DNA of 61,961 nt, filler included, from Deltaproteobacteria bacterium (GCA_016283195.1; 5 parts of 5 records of this genome joined end to end with filler, not necessarily neighbours in it); one strand, 5' to 3'. Shown: positions 20,985 through 30,905, counted from the whole stretch's first letter. Translations and numbers: made by a program. Notes: generated by a model from the letters alone, not told the origin.

Positions 20985-21010
20985 TTTTTCCTCCTCCAAA
21001 TACCAGAGCC

Positions 21011-21039
21011 TAGATAGGCACGCGGCGGCAAGTTGTCAA
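21011..21039 (-). promoter_or_regulatory. sigma70-type promoter for the FmdB-like gene
   Basis: Minus strand TTGACA-17 nt-TATCTA. Confidence 0.45.
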
Positions 21040-21166
21040 GAGGCAGAGTTTTTTAATCAGGCTTTTCTTTGGGCCTTAAAGGCATAATCAGCTATGTCAA
21101 AATCTCCTTGACATTACCACATAGTTTTTGCTTGTTTTAGATGGCTTCTTTCCTTAGAGGAGTGCA

Positions 21167-21493
21167 ATGAAGACTAAAGCAATGCTTTTGAGCCTTTTGG
21201 GCTTAATATGCCTTATTTTTTGCGCTCTGCTTTTTTACAACTGGCAGGCCGCACCGGGGCTCATGGCTAAGTACAATAGCCAGTCGAAAAAAAAGGCAGA
21301 AGAACCGCAGCTACTACTAGATGAGCAATATGCCGACATTCCGGCTACCGAAAGAAAATTTCATATTTCCCTCACCAAAGCTAAAGAGCAGCTTTCATAT
21401 TATAATGAAAATGATACGGTAACCATTCACATAAAGAAATCAGATTTTGACCAAGAGTTGTCGCTTTTTACAAACCGACCCGCTGTGCTTTAA
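21167..21493 (+). CDS. Hypothetical membrane-anchored protein (108 aa)
   Basis: GAGGAG RBS, N-terminal hydrophobic helix; 3' end overlaps the Rhs remnant. Confidence 0.55.
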   Translation: MKTKAMLLSLLGLICLIFCALLFYNWQAAPGLMAKYNSQSKKKAEEPQLLLDEQYADIPATERKFHISLTKAKEQLSYYNENDTVTIHIKKSDFDQELSLFTNRPAVL

Positions 21494-21798
21494 AGCCGGC
21501 GATGAGAATCTTTACCGCTATGTGGGCAACAACGCGGTGAATAGAGTGGACCCGGAGGGGCTAACACCTGCCATTATTCCAATAGGTATATGGGGGTGGA
21601 CTTAGCTTTAGAGGTACTGGCAGCAGCTATGGGTGGTGCTTTATTGGCTCCTCTGGTTGAGTGCTTAGGAAGATAGATATGGAATTATATGAGGTTTTAA
21701 TTGCAGGAATGGAAGATATTATTTCTTCGTTAGATAATTTCAATAAAGCCACAGCACAAAATTATGGTGCTTCACCACTGTGCTCATATACCGAGGCA
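21445..21798 (+). pseudogene. Frameshifted Rhs repeat-associated core remnant with decayed C-terminal extension
   Basis: FDQEL (frame of upstream ORF), then frameshift to RFLQTDPLCFKAGDENLYRYVGNNAVNRVDPEGL, matching the Rhs core end (YDPxxGRFxxxDP..NLYxYxxNNPxxxxDPxGL); further frameshifts/stops follow. Confidence 0.8.
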
Positions 21799-21898
21799 NN
21801 NNNNNNNNNNNNNNNNNNNNNNNNNNNNNNNNNNNNNNNNNNTTAATTAATTAANNNNNNNNNNNNNNNNNNNNNNNNNNNNNNNNNNNNNNNNNNNN
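21799..21898. other. Artificial contig spacer
   Basis: 44 N + TTAATTAATTAA + 44 N. Confidence 0.98.
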
Positions 21899-22430
21899 AA
21901 GCAAAAATCACATTTACGAGCACGATGAGCTTAATAAGGTGCCCCATTATGAATATGGCCTGCTTCTCGGCACCAGCGATCGCCTTAGAGGCGGCTTGCC
22001 TAATCCGCACTTTTGGCACCGCATAGAGGCTGCGGCTGAGCTCTACCATGCAGGGAAAATTGATTTCATCATCGCCAGCGGCGACCCGCGCCCGGGCCGG
22101 CAAAATGAGGTGGTGGCCATGCAAAAGGCACTAATCGCCAAAAATATTCCCGCCGAACGCATTCTGCTTGACCCCAAAGGTGTGCGTACTTTTGCCTCTA
22201 TTTTACGCGCCAAAGAGGCTTTTGGTTTGCAAAAATTTTTAATTATTTCCCAAAAATATCATAATTATCGCGCTGTTTACATCGCCCGCGCTCTGGATAT
22301 TGACGCAGAGGCCTATGCTGCGGAAAAAGTACCTTTGGAGTCCTCTTTTAAAACCGAACTGCGCGAAATTGCCGCCCGAGTCAAAGCGGTGATGGATATT
22401 TTTAGTTACGCGTTTAAAAACGAGAATTAA
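21899..22430 (+). CDS. SanA/ElyC/YdcF-family protein (5' truncated by gap)
   Basis: GLLLGTS, RIEAAAELY, SGD, NEVVAM, GVRTFAS..RAKEAFG, ISQKYHNYRA, REIAAR. Confidence 0.85.
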
Positions 22431-22642
22431 CCCCAGAACGGGTGGTCGGGAAAAGTAAAAGGCGCTTGCGGATTAAAAGGCGGATCCTCATATTCCTTTT
22501 TATACTGCTCACCTAAAGGTTTGCTACCGAAAGAGTTACGCCAAATAATAACTTTATTACCACCAGCCTGCCGCGCAAGCTCGGCATCCGCTGCGGAAGA
22601 AACATAGGTCGGTTTTATGGTAGCGAGTTCTTCTTCGCTCAT
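22427..22642 (-). CDS. Small hypothetical protein (71 aa)
   Basis: ATG 22642 after a G-rich RBS, downstream of murA. Confidence 0.45.
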   Translation of the reverse strand: MSEEELATIKPTYVSSAADAELARQAGGNKVIIWRNSFGSKPLGEQYKKEYEDPPFNPQAPFTFPDHPFWG

Positions 22643-22703
22643 GGGCCCCCCAAAACAAGCTGGCATATTACTACAACAATTATCTTCTGCATAGCAAAAA
22701 AAT

Positions 22704-23987
22704 TCACGCCGGCAAACGACGAATATTGGCGCCAAGCTGAATCAGCTTATTCTCGATATTCTCGTATCCGCGATCTATTTGCTGAATATTATAAATTGTG
22801 CTCTCGCCCTTAGCACAGAGCGAGGCAATTAAAAGCGACATACCGGCGCGCACATCGGGCGATTCCACCGCCGAGCCAATTAAGGCCCGCGGGCCGGTAA
22901 CCACCACGCGGTGCGGATCGCATAAAATCAAGTTGCCACCCATGCGAGCGAGGTTGTCGATAAAAAACATCCGCCCGTCAAACATTTTTTCAAAAAAGAG
23001 CACTGTGCCCCGGCACTGCGTGGCTACGGTAATCATGATGGACATCATATCTGTTGGCATCATGGGCCAGGGGGCGTCGTCTATCACCGGTGTTTCCTGG
23101 CCGAAATCGGGCATAATGGTCATAGACTGGTCGGCCGGCACATAGAGAGTGCCATCGGAGCGCAAATCAAACTCTATACCCAATTTGGCATACATGAGGC
23201 GAATCATGCGCAGGTCTTCGGCATTGACATCGGTAATAGTGAGCTCTGAGCCGGTAACCGCAGCGAGGCCGATAAAGGAGCCTATTTCCAGATAATCCGA
23301 AGAAATACGATATTGGCAACCGTTTAAGCGCTCCTGCCCTTCTATCACCAGTTTATTGGAACCAAGGCCGCTTATTTGCGCGCCCATGGCGATGAGCAAA
23401 TTACAAAGCCCCTGCACATGGGGCTCGCAGGCGGCATTGCGGATAATGGTGCGGCCCTTGGCGAGAGCAGCCGCCATAATGACATTTTCCGTGCCGGTAA
23501 CCGAGGGTTGATCGAGAAAAATATCCCCGCCGGTAAGTTCGCCGGCTCTAAGCCTAAAGAGCTGATCGGCCTCAATAGAGGCCCCAAGTGCAGCCAGGCC
23601 TAAAAAGTGGGTATCGAGACGCCGGCGGCCCAAAACATCACCGCCCGGCGGCGGCATGGTCACCTCACCGACTCTCGCCAAAAGCGGGCCGGCCAAAAGG
23701 ATAGAAGCTCTAAGACGCCGGCAGAGGTCAAAGGGCAATTTGCCGCTAGCTACACCGCGATTGCAAATAGTTACAGTATTTTTATCATGCCACTCCACCG
23801 AAGAGCCAAGTTCTTCAAGAATTTGCAATATCACCAGTACATCGGCAATCACCGGCACATTGTAGAGCGTCACCGGGTCATCGGTGAGTAGTGTCGCGGC
23901 AATTATCGGCAGAGCTTCGTTCTTGGAACCGCTCGGTTTTAGTGTGCCGCTTAGTTTGTTGCCGCCCTCAACAACGAATTTATCCAT
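22704..23987 (-). CDS. murA: UDP-N-acetylglucosamine 1-carboxyvinyltransferase (Asp-type)
   Basis: GSKNEALP, RASILLAGPLLAR, PGGDVLGRRRLDTH, SVTGTEN, EPHV, PTDMM, IDRGYE. Confidence 0.96.
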   Translation of the reverse strand: MDKFVVEGGNKLSGTLKPSGSKNEALPIIAATLLTDDPVTLYNVPVIADVLVILQILEELGSSVEWHDKNTVTICNRGVASGKLPFDLCRRLRASILLAGPLLARVGEVTMPPPGGDVLGRRRLDTHFLGLAALGASIEADQLFRLRAGELTGGDIFLDQPSVTGTENVIMAAALAKGRTIIRNAACEPHVQGLCNLLIAMGAQISGLGSNKLVIEGQERLNGCQYRISSDYLEIGSFIGLAAVTGSELTITDVNAEDLRMIRLMYAKLGIEFDLRSDGTLYVPADQSMTIMPDFGQETPVIDDAPWPMMPTDMMSIMITVATQCRGTVLFFEKMFDGRMFFIDNLARMGGNLILCDPHRVVVTGPRALIGSAVESPDVRAGMSLLIASLCAKGESTIYNIQQIDRGYENIENKLIQLGANIRRLPA

Positions 23988-24205
23988 TTTTTACCTCTAA
24001 AACCGCTCCGGCGCCGGTTAAGCACAAATCAAGTGCCAATTAGTGGCGCAAGGCTTATAGCATGACCAAGCGGGAGAGACAATAGCGCAAAAAGTCACAT
24101 TTTTTACTCTTTTTTCAAACTCATATTCGGCTATAATCAGTTGCTCTTTCCGCATGGCCTAAGTAGCCCCGGGAGAGCTGACTATGCACAGGGAGTTTTA
24201 GCATC

Positions 24206-25534
24206 ATGAAAAAGCTTTATTATTCAGCACTTATTATAACATTTTTACTTACTTCCTGCGCCAACAGGCGGGTTGTAATAGACCAAGGCCAGGGTGATGA
24301 CAAATCAGCTACGTCCCTCTGTGAGGGCACCGGCGGCACTCTCGATGGTTTTATCTGCACTTGTAGCGGCGAAAAATGCGCCCCCGGCCTCTGGTGCGAT
24401 ATCACCGGCAAGTGCGCTACCGGCCAGGAGCTTTCGGCCGATGCTTTATGTGTCGCCAGCGGCGGCGTGGCTCAGGATGGAAAGTGCGTCTGCAGCGGCG
24501 AAACATGTGCCGCCGGCGCTTTATGCAACCTTGATACTAAAAAATGCCCGCAAAGTGCCATAAATGACACCACTTTTGCCGATTTATGCACCGTCTCCGG
24601 CGGGGAGATGGCCGGCGAATTTTGTAAATGCGCCGGGGAAATTTGCGCGGCCGAACGCATCTGCACTGCCGATGGCGTTTGCTCTACGGAAGATGCGCCG
24701 GAAACAACTACCACCTGCATTAACGGCCCCAATTATGTGGGTATGCTGCGCACCTGCATCGGCGAAGCCTGCACCGTTAAAGAATGTTCTGTTAAAATGG
24801 GTGATAACGATGTGCCGGTTTCCTGTAGCGGCACTACATGCGGCACCTGCCTTAATTATAAAACCACCTGCGAAGATGATACCGATCCCGCAAAGGGCGG
24901 CAGCATCTTTACCTGCCGCGAAGGAAAAAAGGTCCTTATACGCGAGTGCGAAAATAATTTCTCCTGCCTGGCCAAAACTTGCAGCGACCCGGGCTGCGCC
25001 GGCGAATTATTATGCGGCGAGTGCCACGAAGGCGAGTTTAGATGCGAAAACGGCAATGTTCCCGAAAACTTCAATTATCTTAATCACTCAGGTGCCAATA
25101 TCACTCTTCCTCAGGGCTTCATTACCGGTATGCGCTCAAAATGTATAGGCGGCCAATGGCAAAAATTGGCTCTTGATGATCCGGAAAACTGCTTTTTCGG
25201 CCATTTGCCGGATAATAAGTTGCCGTCAATAAAAGTCGGTACAGAAGATATTGTTACTGTTTACGGCTATAATTCGTATGGCTCTTCGACAGGTCGGAAA
25301 TATGCCGTCTCGTCATGTATGGAAGATGGCATAAACTGCGGAGAATGTACATATTCTTTTGCCTATTGCAGCGGCTCAAAATATTATACCTGCTTAAAAG
25401 GCCGGGTGGAAGAGAGCCTCTGTCAGGGTAGCGGCGGCATGTGTTATAGCAACAACAGCTGTTATGCTTACAGTACCGACGCCTATTGCACCGGCAATAG
25501 TTGCCAAAATTGCAAATCTATCTGTAACTGGTAA
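24206..25534 (+). CDS. Cysteine-rich repeat lipoprotein
   Basis: Lipobox LLTSC; 49 Cys in 442 aa (manual count); internal 6-Cys repeats. Confidence 0.85.
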   Translation: MKKLYYSALIITFLLTSCANRRVVIDQGQGDDKSATSLCEGTGGTLDGFICTCSGEKCAPGLWCDITGKCATGQELSADALCVASGGVAQDGKCVCSGETCAAGALCNLDTKKCPQSAINDTTFADLCTVSGGEMAGEFCKCAGEICAAERICTADGVCSTEDAPETTTTCINGPNYVGMLRTCIGEACTVKECSVKMGDNDVPVSCSGTTCGTCLNYKTTCEDDTDPAKGGSIFTCREGKKVLIRECENNFSCLAKTCSDPGCAGELLCGECHEGEFRCENGNVPENFNYLNHSGANITLPQGFITGMRSKCIGGQWQKLALDDPENCFFGHLPDNKLPSIKVGTEDIVTVYGYNSYGSSTGRKYAVSSCMEDGINCGECTYSFAYCSGSKYYTCLKGRVEESLCQGSGGMCYSNNSCYAYSTDAYCTGNSCQNCKSICNW

Positions 25535-25559
25535 TTTTCTAAAGCTCCGCTGCGTGGTA

Positions 25560-25659
25560 NNNNNNNNNNNNNNNNNNNNNNNNNNNNNNNNNNNNNNNNN
25601 NNNTTAATTAATTAANNNNNNNNNNNNNNNNNNNNNNNNNNNNNNNNNNNNNNNNNNNN
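25560..25659. other. Artificial contig spacer
   Basis: 44 N + TTAATTAATTAA + 44 N. Confidence 0.98.
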
Positions 25660-26235
25660 AAGAGTTACCAAGTGGCGGCCACCAAATATCAACAAGTATT
25701 CGGCGACCCGGATAACGGCTTTATTCGCCCGGAATACGGCCTCTCCCATGGTTACAATTTTGAATTCCACTGGGGTCTCTTTAAAAACCGCCGCTCGGCC
25801 AAACAAATTGCCGCCGGTTTCGGTATCAGCGATTCCACCCGGCCTTATGACACCAGTCTCTACTTCCATTTGGAATTCCCCATGCTGGGCTGGCTCCAAC
25901 TCTTCGGCTCATACATGGTCTTTGATGCCGATAGCATAAAAACGGCCTTTACCGATACCTCCAGCATGGTCATCATGGGCGGCCTCAGGTTACAGATTTT
26001 GCCCTTCCTCTTTATCAACGCCCATTACGCTCATACTTTCCGCGTCCTGGCCACTCCGGGCAGCGAGATTCATTTAGGCAACGACCGCATTCTCGACAGT
26101 GCCGGCAAAGCCTCGGCTATCTTCCCGCAAGACGACCTCTATGAGCCGGTGCACACCTTCATGGTGGAACTGGAATTTGGTTGGGAGCTCAAGCACAAGA
26201 GCAAAAAGGATAAAACGAGCAAGAAGGATAAGTAA
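25660..26235 (+). CDS. C-terminal part of a hypothetical protein, possibly an outer-membrane beta-barrel (5' truncated)
   Basis: Open frame from the gap; alternating hydrophobic/aromatic strands (YFHLEF, LQLFGSY, FINAHY, VELEFGW). Confidence 0.6.
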   Translation, partial: KSYQVAATKYQQVFGDPDNGFIRPEYGLSHGYNFEFHWGLFKNRRSAKQIAAGFGISDSTRPYDTSLYFHLEFPMLGWLQLFGSYMVFDADSIKTAFTDTSSMVIMGGLRLQILPFLFINAHYAHTFRVLATPGSEIHLGNDRILDSAGKASAIFPQDDLYEPVHTFMVELEFGWELKHKSKKDKTSKKDK

Positions 26236-26246
26236 GGAGTTTTCTT

Positions 26247-28808
26247 ATGAAATATTATAAATATATCAGTGGATTAAGCCTCAGTCTTTTGGCTGCCTGC
26301 ACTGCGGTTCCCTACACGGATATCGGCTATTTAAACCCCGGCGAAGCTTGTACGCAAACTTATTTTTGCCCGGCCGGCTACGAATGTAGCGAAGGTTTTT
26401 GCACCGCCATTTCCGATCCCGATGTCAATACCTATAAAGGCAAATCCTGCGATAAACACAGCGATTGTTGCCAAGACAGCGAGGGCGACGGCAACTGCAT
26501 TAATGAAAACGGCCTATATTGCGGCACCCAAAAACGCTGCACCACCACTCCCGGTTCCGGCGAAAATGCGCCCTGTTTTCTCGATGTCGATTGCCAGGCA
26601 CCTCTCGTTTGCAGCGGCGCCACTTCCACTTGCGTTAAAGTTATCCCCGGCGAAAAGGGCAACAAGGATCTCGGGGAAAATTGCACTGCTCTCGATGATT
26701 GCCGCCGCCCTTATCTTTGTTCCATGATGGGCATCACCCATACTTGCGAAAAATTGCCCTTCTTCAAAGGGGCAGTTTGCACCGCTTCCGACCGCGAATC
26801 GGGGCCATACCGTTTTTATTACGAATTACCAAAAACAGAAGATAGCGCCAGCGACGAAGGCACCGGCGAATTTTACCGCCACCCCTTCCCCAGCAATGTA
26901 CGCCTCACCAAAGAGGGCAAAGTTTACCTGGATGACCACCCCTCACCGGGCGAAGTTTTAGGCGTTGATGTGGCCGCCAAATATATTGAATCAGCCAAAG
27001 AGGTGGTTTCCGGCTATGCCTTAAATCAGCCCATATTCTTCCGGGCCAGCGACTTTTTCCAAAAGGCCTCTATTTGTCTCGATGACGGCAGTATTTACCC
27101 GGAACTGGCCGACGGCGACAGTGATGCCTACTGTGAAAATGGCGGAGCACCTACTGTGTATTTGGTAAATATCGATAAAAAATCCACCAATTATGCCCAA
27201 CACCGGCCTGTAGAATTGCGCCTGGTGAAACCGGCCACTCAATTTACTTGCCAAAATCTTTTGGGTATTGCTCCCTTGACCGGCCACCCGCTGGAGCCGG
27301 CAACAACTTATGCTGCCATTATCACCACCGGGGTACATGATGCCATTCATAAGAGCGCACCGGTACAAGATACCCTTTTTGCCGCCGCTCTTAATCCCAC
27401 TCCGGAAGTGCCACAAAAAGTGGTCACCGCCAATCAGCCGCTGAAAGAATATCTGGCCGATAAAAATATCGATCCGGCAACTATTGCCGTGGCTGCGGTC
27501 TTCACCACCGGTAAGCCGACGGAAATAGGCAAAAAACTCTATAACGCCATCACTAAAATGACCGATGTACCCAAATTTAACGCTGATGCCTTTTCCTGCG
27601 AAAATCCACCGGCCTCTTACATTTGCCACCAAGGGGAAAACGCCCAAGTCATTGCCTCCAGAAGCTGTGGCTCAAGCGATACCCGTTTTTATGAAATACA
27701 TGGTACTTATAAAGCGCCGGCCTTTCAAACCGGCTATCGCCCATATCTCTTAACCGGCGGCCAAATAAACTTAAATGCCCAAGGCGAGCCGCAAAAATAC
27801 AAAGATGAGACCATGTGCTATGCTTTAACTATTCCCAAAGACAAAGATAAGCCGGAAAATGGCTGGCCGGTTATTGTCTATGCTCACGGCACCGGCGGTA
27901 ATTACCGTTCATTTGTCACCGATGAGCTGGTAGGTATTTATACCGACCTCGGCTTTGCCGTCATCAGCTTTGATAACGTCATGCATGGCCCACGCCAGGA
28001 TCCAAGCTATGACCCCAGCAAGTGGAATCCGGCGCTCTGGAGCCTGGACAATGCCGGCAATCTCTTTTTTAATCCAATAAATCCGCAGGCTTCGCGCGAT
28101 AATATTTTACAAGGCGGCGCCGATTTAATCTCTTTAACCCGCCTGGTGGCGAGCAGCCATCCCAGTGTTGACGGCCTGAATATTTCTTTTGATAAAGATA
28201 ATATTTACTATTTGGGCCACTCGCAGGGTACCACCATCAACGGCCCGTTTTTAGTTAATGATACCATCACCAAAGGAGCCATTTTGAGCGGTGCCGGTGC
28301 CGAGCTGGCTATTTCCGTTTTGCACAAAAAGAAACCCATAGACCTGGGCGGCACCATGAGTAATCTTTTAGGCGACCAAAACATTTCGCGGGTAAATCCC
28401 ATTATGGGCATTTTGTCACTCCTCTTTGCCGAAGTAGATACTTTAAGCTACGCCAGCGGTTTTGTCACCACGCCGGAACGCCAGCCGCGCCCGCTCATCA
28501 TGTTTTCCGGTATTGATGACAGCTATTCTCCCAATGAAGCCCAGGCCTCGCAAATTCAGGCTATGGGAGTACCGCTGGCCGGTACGGTCATTCGCCAGAT
28601 TCCCGATGTGCCCCTAACCGGCGATGCCACCCTTACCACCACCACACTTAACGGCCAGACTATAGATGTAGCGGCGGCGGCCATTCAATATCAGCCGGAA
28701 GAAGAGAGCGACGGCCACTTTGTACTCTTTAAAAATGATGATGCCAAAGAAGTATTAAGACATTTTCTCTCTACCGCTCTTAGTGGCCATGCGGAGATAA
28801 AACCATGA
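26247..28808 (+). CDS. Lipoprotein: Cys-rich repeats + Ig-like region + alpha/beta hydrolase (lipase-like)
   Basis: Lipobox LLAAC; N-terminal Cys repeats; PFPS motif; HGTGG oxyanion motif, GHSQG nucleophile, candidate Asp (GIDDSY) and His (DGHF). Confidence 0.85.
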   Translation: MKYYKYISGLSLSLLAACTAVPYTDIGYLNPGEACTQTYFCPAGYECSEGFCTAISDPDVNTYKGKSCDKHSDCCQDSEGDGNCINENGLYCGTQKRCTTTPGSGENAPCFLDVDCQAPLVCSGATSTCVKVIPGEKGNKDLGENCTALDDCRRPYLCSMMGITHTCEKLPFFKGAVCTASDRESGPYRFYYELPKTEDSASDEGTGEFYRHPFPSNVRLTKEGKVYLDDHPSPGEVLGVDVAAKYIESAKEVVSGYALNQPIFFRASDFFQKASICLDDGSIYPELADGDSDAYCENGGAPTVYLVNIDKKSTNYAQHRPVELRLVKPATQFTCQNLLGIAPLTGHPLEPATTYAAIITTGVHDAIHKSAPVQDTLFAAALNPTPEVPQKVVTANQPLKEYLADKNIDPATIAVAAVFTTGKPTEIGKKLYNAITKMTDVPKFNADAFSCENPPASYICHQGENAQVIASRSCGSSDTRFYEIHGTYKAPAFQTGYRPYLLTGGQINLNAQGEPQKYKDETMCYALTIPKDKDKPENGWPVIVYAHGTGGNYRSFVTDELVGIYTDLGFAVISFDNVMHGPRQDPSYDPSKWNPALWSLDNAGNLFFNPINPQASRDNILQGGADLISLTRLVASSHPSVDGLNISFDKDNIYYLGHSQGTTINGPFLVNDTITKGAILSGAGAELAISVLHKKKPIDLGGTMSNLLGDQNISRVNPIMGILSLLFAEVDTLSYASGFVTTPERQPRPLIMFSGIDDSYSPNEAQASQIQAMGVPLAGTVIRQIPDVPLTGDATLTTTTLNGQTIDVAAAAIQYQPEEESDGHFVLFKNDDAKEVLRHFLSTALSGHAEIKP

Positions 28809-29572
28809 AAAAATCAAGCTATTTATCAATAATCTGTAGCGCGGCACTTTGCGCTGTTTCCGCTCTTTCCTGCGATAGCGGCGGCTTGCCGGTAAAACTC
28901 GTCATCGACGAATATACCATGGATATAAATGTCGATAATATTATGGCCAGCGCTTTGGTAGATATGCAAAACCGGGGTTTAATCAGCCCCAATACCGCCG
29001 TCTTTCCCATTTTGTGGCCGGAGAGTTTGCCTGCCGTTAATTTTCTCAAAGACTTTGTCACCGAACCGGCACAATTTGATTTAACACCGGAAGAAGGCAG
29101 CCCGGAAGCCGAAAAATACGGCGATATCGGCACAGCCACCAAAATGGTTAAGCGCATTGATATAGACCGCATGGTTATTCGCTTTGATGTCAATAGCTTA
29201 ACTTGGGATTCGCCGGAGCTTTTAATTCAGGTGGCCGGCGATAAAAATGCCAGTGCAGAAGACCGCCTGGCCTGGCGCACCATCGGTATAGTGCCCGCTA
29301 AACCGGCCGGCTGGGTAGGAGATATGGATTTTGAGTTTGTCCCCGGCGGTGAGCGTTATCTAAAAACACAGCTCATGGAAAACGAAAAGGAATTTGCTGT
29401 GCGCATTCGTAGCGCTCTTAATTTAAAGCTGGCACCGGGCAATAAGCTCCCGGCCGGTAAATTAAAAATCCGCCTTATCATTGCCGGCACTTTCTTTGTC
29501 GATGCCAAAGAAGCCATCGGCACCATCACCGATGAAGTAAGTAAAGCCAAAGAGGGCGAAGGCGAAGAATAA
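28805..29572 (+). CDS. Hypothetical lipoprotein
   Basis: ATGA overlap with upstream gene; lipobox-like ALSC. Confidence 0.7.
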   Translation: MKKSSYLSIICSAALCAVSALSCDSGGLPVKLVIDEYTMDINVDNIMASALVDMQNRGLISPNTAVFPILWPESLPAVNFLKDFVTEPAQFDLTPEEGSPEAEKYGDIGTATKMVKRIDIDRMVIRFDVNSLTWDSPELLIQVAGDKNASAEDRLAWRTIGIVPAKPAGWVGDMDFEFVPGGERYLKTQLMENEKEFAVRIRSALNLKLAPGNKLPAGKLKIRLIIAGTFFVDAKEAIGTITDEVSKAKEGEGEE

Positions 29573-29665
29573 TTCTGCCAATTAAAGCCAGCCGAAAAAC
29601 GCCATTTTTTTGACCCCCAAGCCCAAGCGGGCCATAACTAAAGAGCCTTTTCGGAGGGGGCAAAG

Positions 29666-30034
29666 ATGGAAGCTATTTTTCAAACTAAAGCCGGTTCTTT
29701 TACACATCTCTATGAAAGGCGCTCATCAGCCAGAAGCGGAGCCGCGCTTACGGCAATGGCTCTCGATGGCCGCAGCGATTTACGCATTCTCGATATCAGC
29801 ATGGGCGGTATGCTGGCCATTTCGCCTACCACCCGCCTTCCCGGGTCGCTTTTTAAAGTGCGCATTAATTTTGAAAAATTGGGCGAATCTATCGATCTTT
29901 GGGCCAAAACTTTGGACTTAAGGCCCACTGCCGGCGGCGAAGTTGCTCACAAAATTGAATTTTGTTACTTAACGCCCAAAGCCACTTTGCTGCTTTACCG
30001 CCATCTGGACAGCACGAGAAACGAGTGGAAATAA
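29666..30034 (+). CDS. PilZ-domain (c-di-GMP receptor) protein
   Basis: ERRSSAR (RxxxR) and DISMGG (DxSxxG) motifs; GGAGG RBS. Confidence 0.8.
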   Translation: MEAIFQTKAGSFTHLYERRSSARSGAALTAMALDGRSDLRILDISMGGMLAISPTTRLPGSLFKVRINFEKLGESIDLWAKTLDLRPTAGGEVAHKIEFCYLTPKATLLLYRHLDSTRNEWK

Positions 30035-30067
30035 TCTTTTAAAGGCTAAATATTTTGGCCGAATAGC

Positions 30068-30096
30068 TTGCTAAACATTTTTCAGAGCTATAAAAT
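30068..30096 (+). promoter_or_regulatory. sigma70-type promoter for the licD-tagD cluster
   Basis: TTGCTA-17 nt-TAAAAT. Confidence 0.5.
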
Positions 30097-30143
30097 ACCG
30101 TGCGCGTTGCTTAAGGAATTGCCTTTAGACAACCGGGGGGAAT

Positions 30144-30905
30144 ATGGCCGAAAATTTTGACCTTAAAAGAGTGCAAAAACGCCTATTGGAAATGGCCGTA
30201 AAAATTGCCTCTATCCTGGAAAAGCATGAAATTCCTTATACTATAGCGTTTGGCACTCTTTTGGGAGCCGTGCGTCACGGGAACTTTATCCCCTGGGATG
30301 ACGATTTTGATTTTTTCCTCTTCTCAGACACCTATGAAAAAGCCATGGGCCTCCTTTCTAAGGAACTACCTGCCGATATGTTCCTGGAAAACGAGCAAAC
30401 AGAGCCCAAATATTTTCATGCCTGGGCCCATGTAAAAGATCTGAATAGCGAATGCCGCTGTGAGCACTATCCTCATGATGAGCTCTATTCGCACCATGGC
30501 ATCAGCGTGGATCTTTACAAGCTCACCAGGATTAAAGAAAAGGATTTTGCCAGGTTTCGTTATGTGGAGGCCCTTGCCTACATTGAGCGCCGCCGGGCTC
30601 TCGGTTTTATCACTGAAGAAGATTTTAAAAAGCGCCGGGCCGCTTACGAGAGCCGTCTGGAGAGCGAAAAGAGCGAATCCACAGGCGATTTGCTCGCCTA
30701 CCCGTTTGATATCGGCAAACAATATCCAGAAGATGTTTTTCCGTTAAAACGTTACAAAATTGGCGCCTCAGAATTTTGGGGGCCGGCCAATCCCGATCGC
30801 ATTTTAACCATGCGCTATGGAAATTATCGGGAATTGCCGCCGGCAGAAGCCAGAATTCCTCATTATAATTCCGTTAAATTTTTGCATAAGGCCATGGACA
30901 CATGA
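30144..30905 (+). CDS. LicD-family phosphotransferase 1
   Basis: [28 protein letters not shown]. Confidence 0.93.
   Translation: MAENFDLKRVQKRLLEMAVKIASILEKHEIPYTIAFGTLLGAVRHGNFIPWDDDFDFFLFSDTYEKAMGLLSKELPADMFLENEQTEPKYFHAWAHVKDLNSECRCEHYPHDELYSHHGISVDLYKLTRIKEKDFARFRYVEALAYIERRRALGFITEEDFKKRRAAYESRLESEKSESTGDLLAYPFDIGKQYPEDVFPLKRYKIGASEFWGPANPDRILTMRYGNYRELPPAEARIPHYNSVKFLHKAMDT

Noticed and set aside
24143-24178. Leader hairpin GCTCTTTCCG/CGGGAGAGC after TATAAT as a riboswitch
   Set aside because: A single stem with no convincing match to c-di-GMP or other aptamer consensus; probably a 5' stabilising hairpin.
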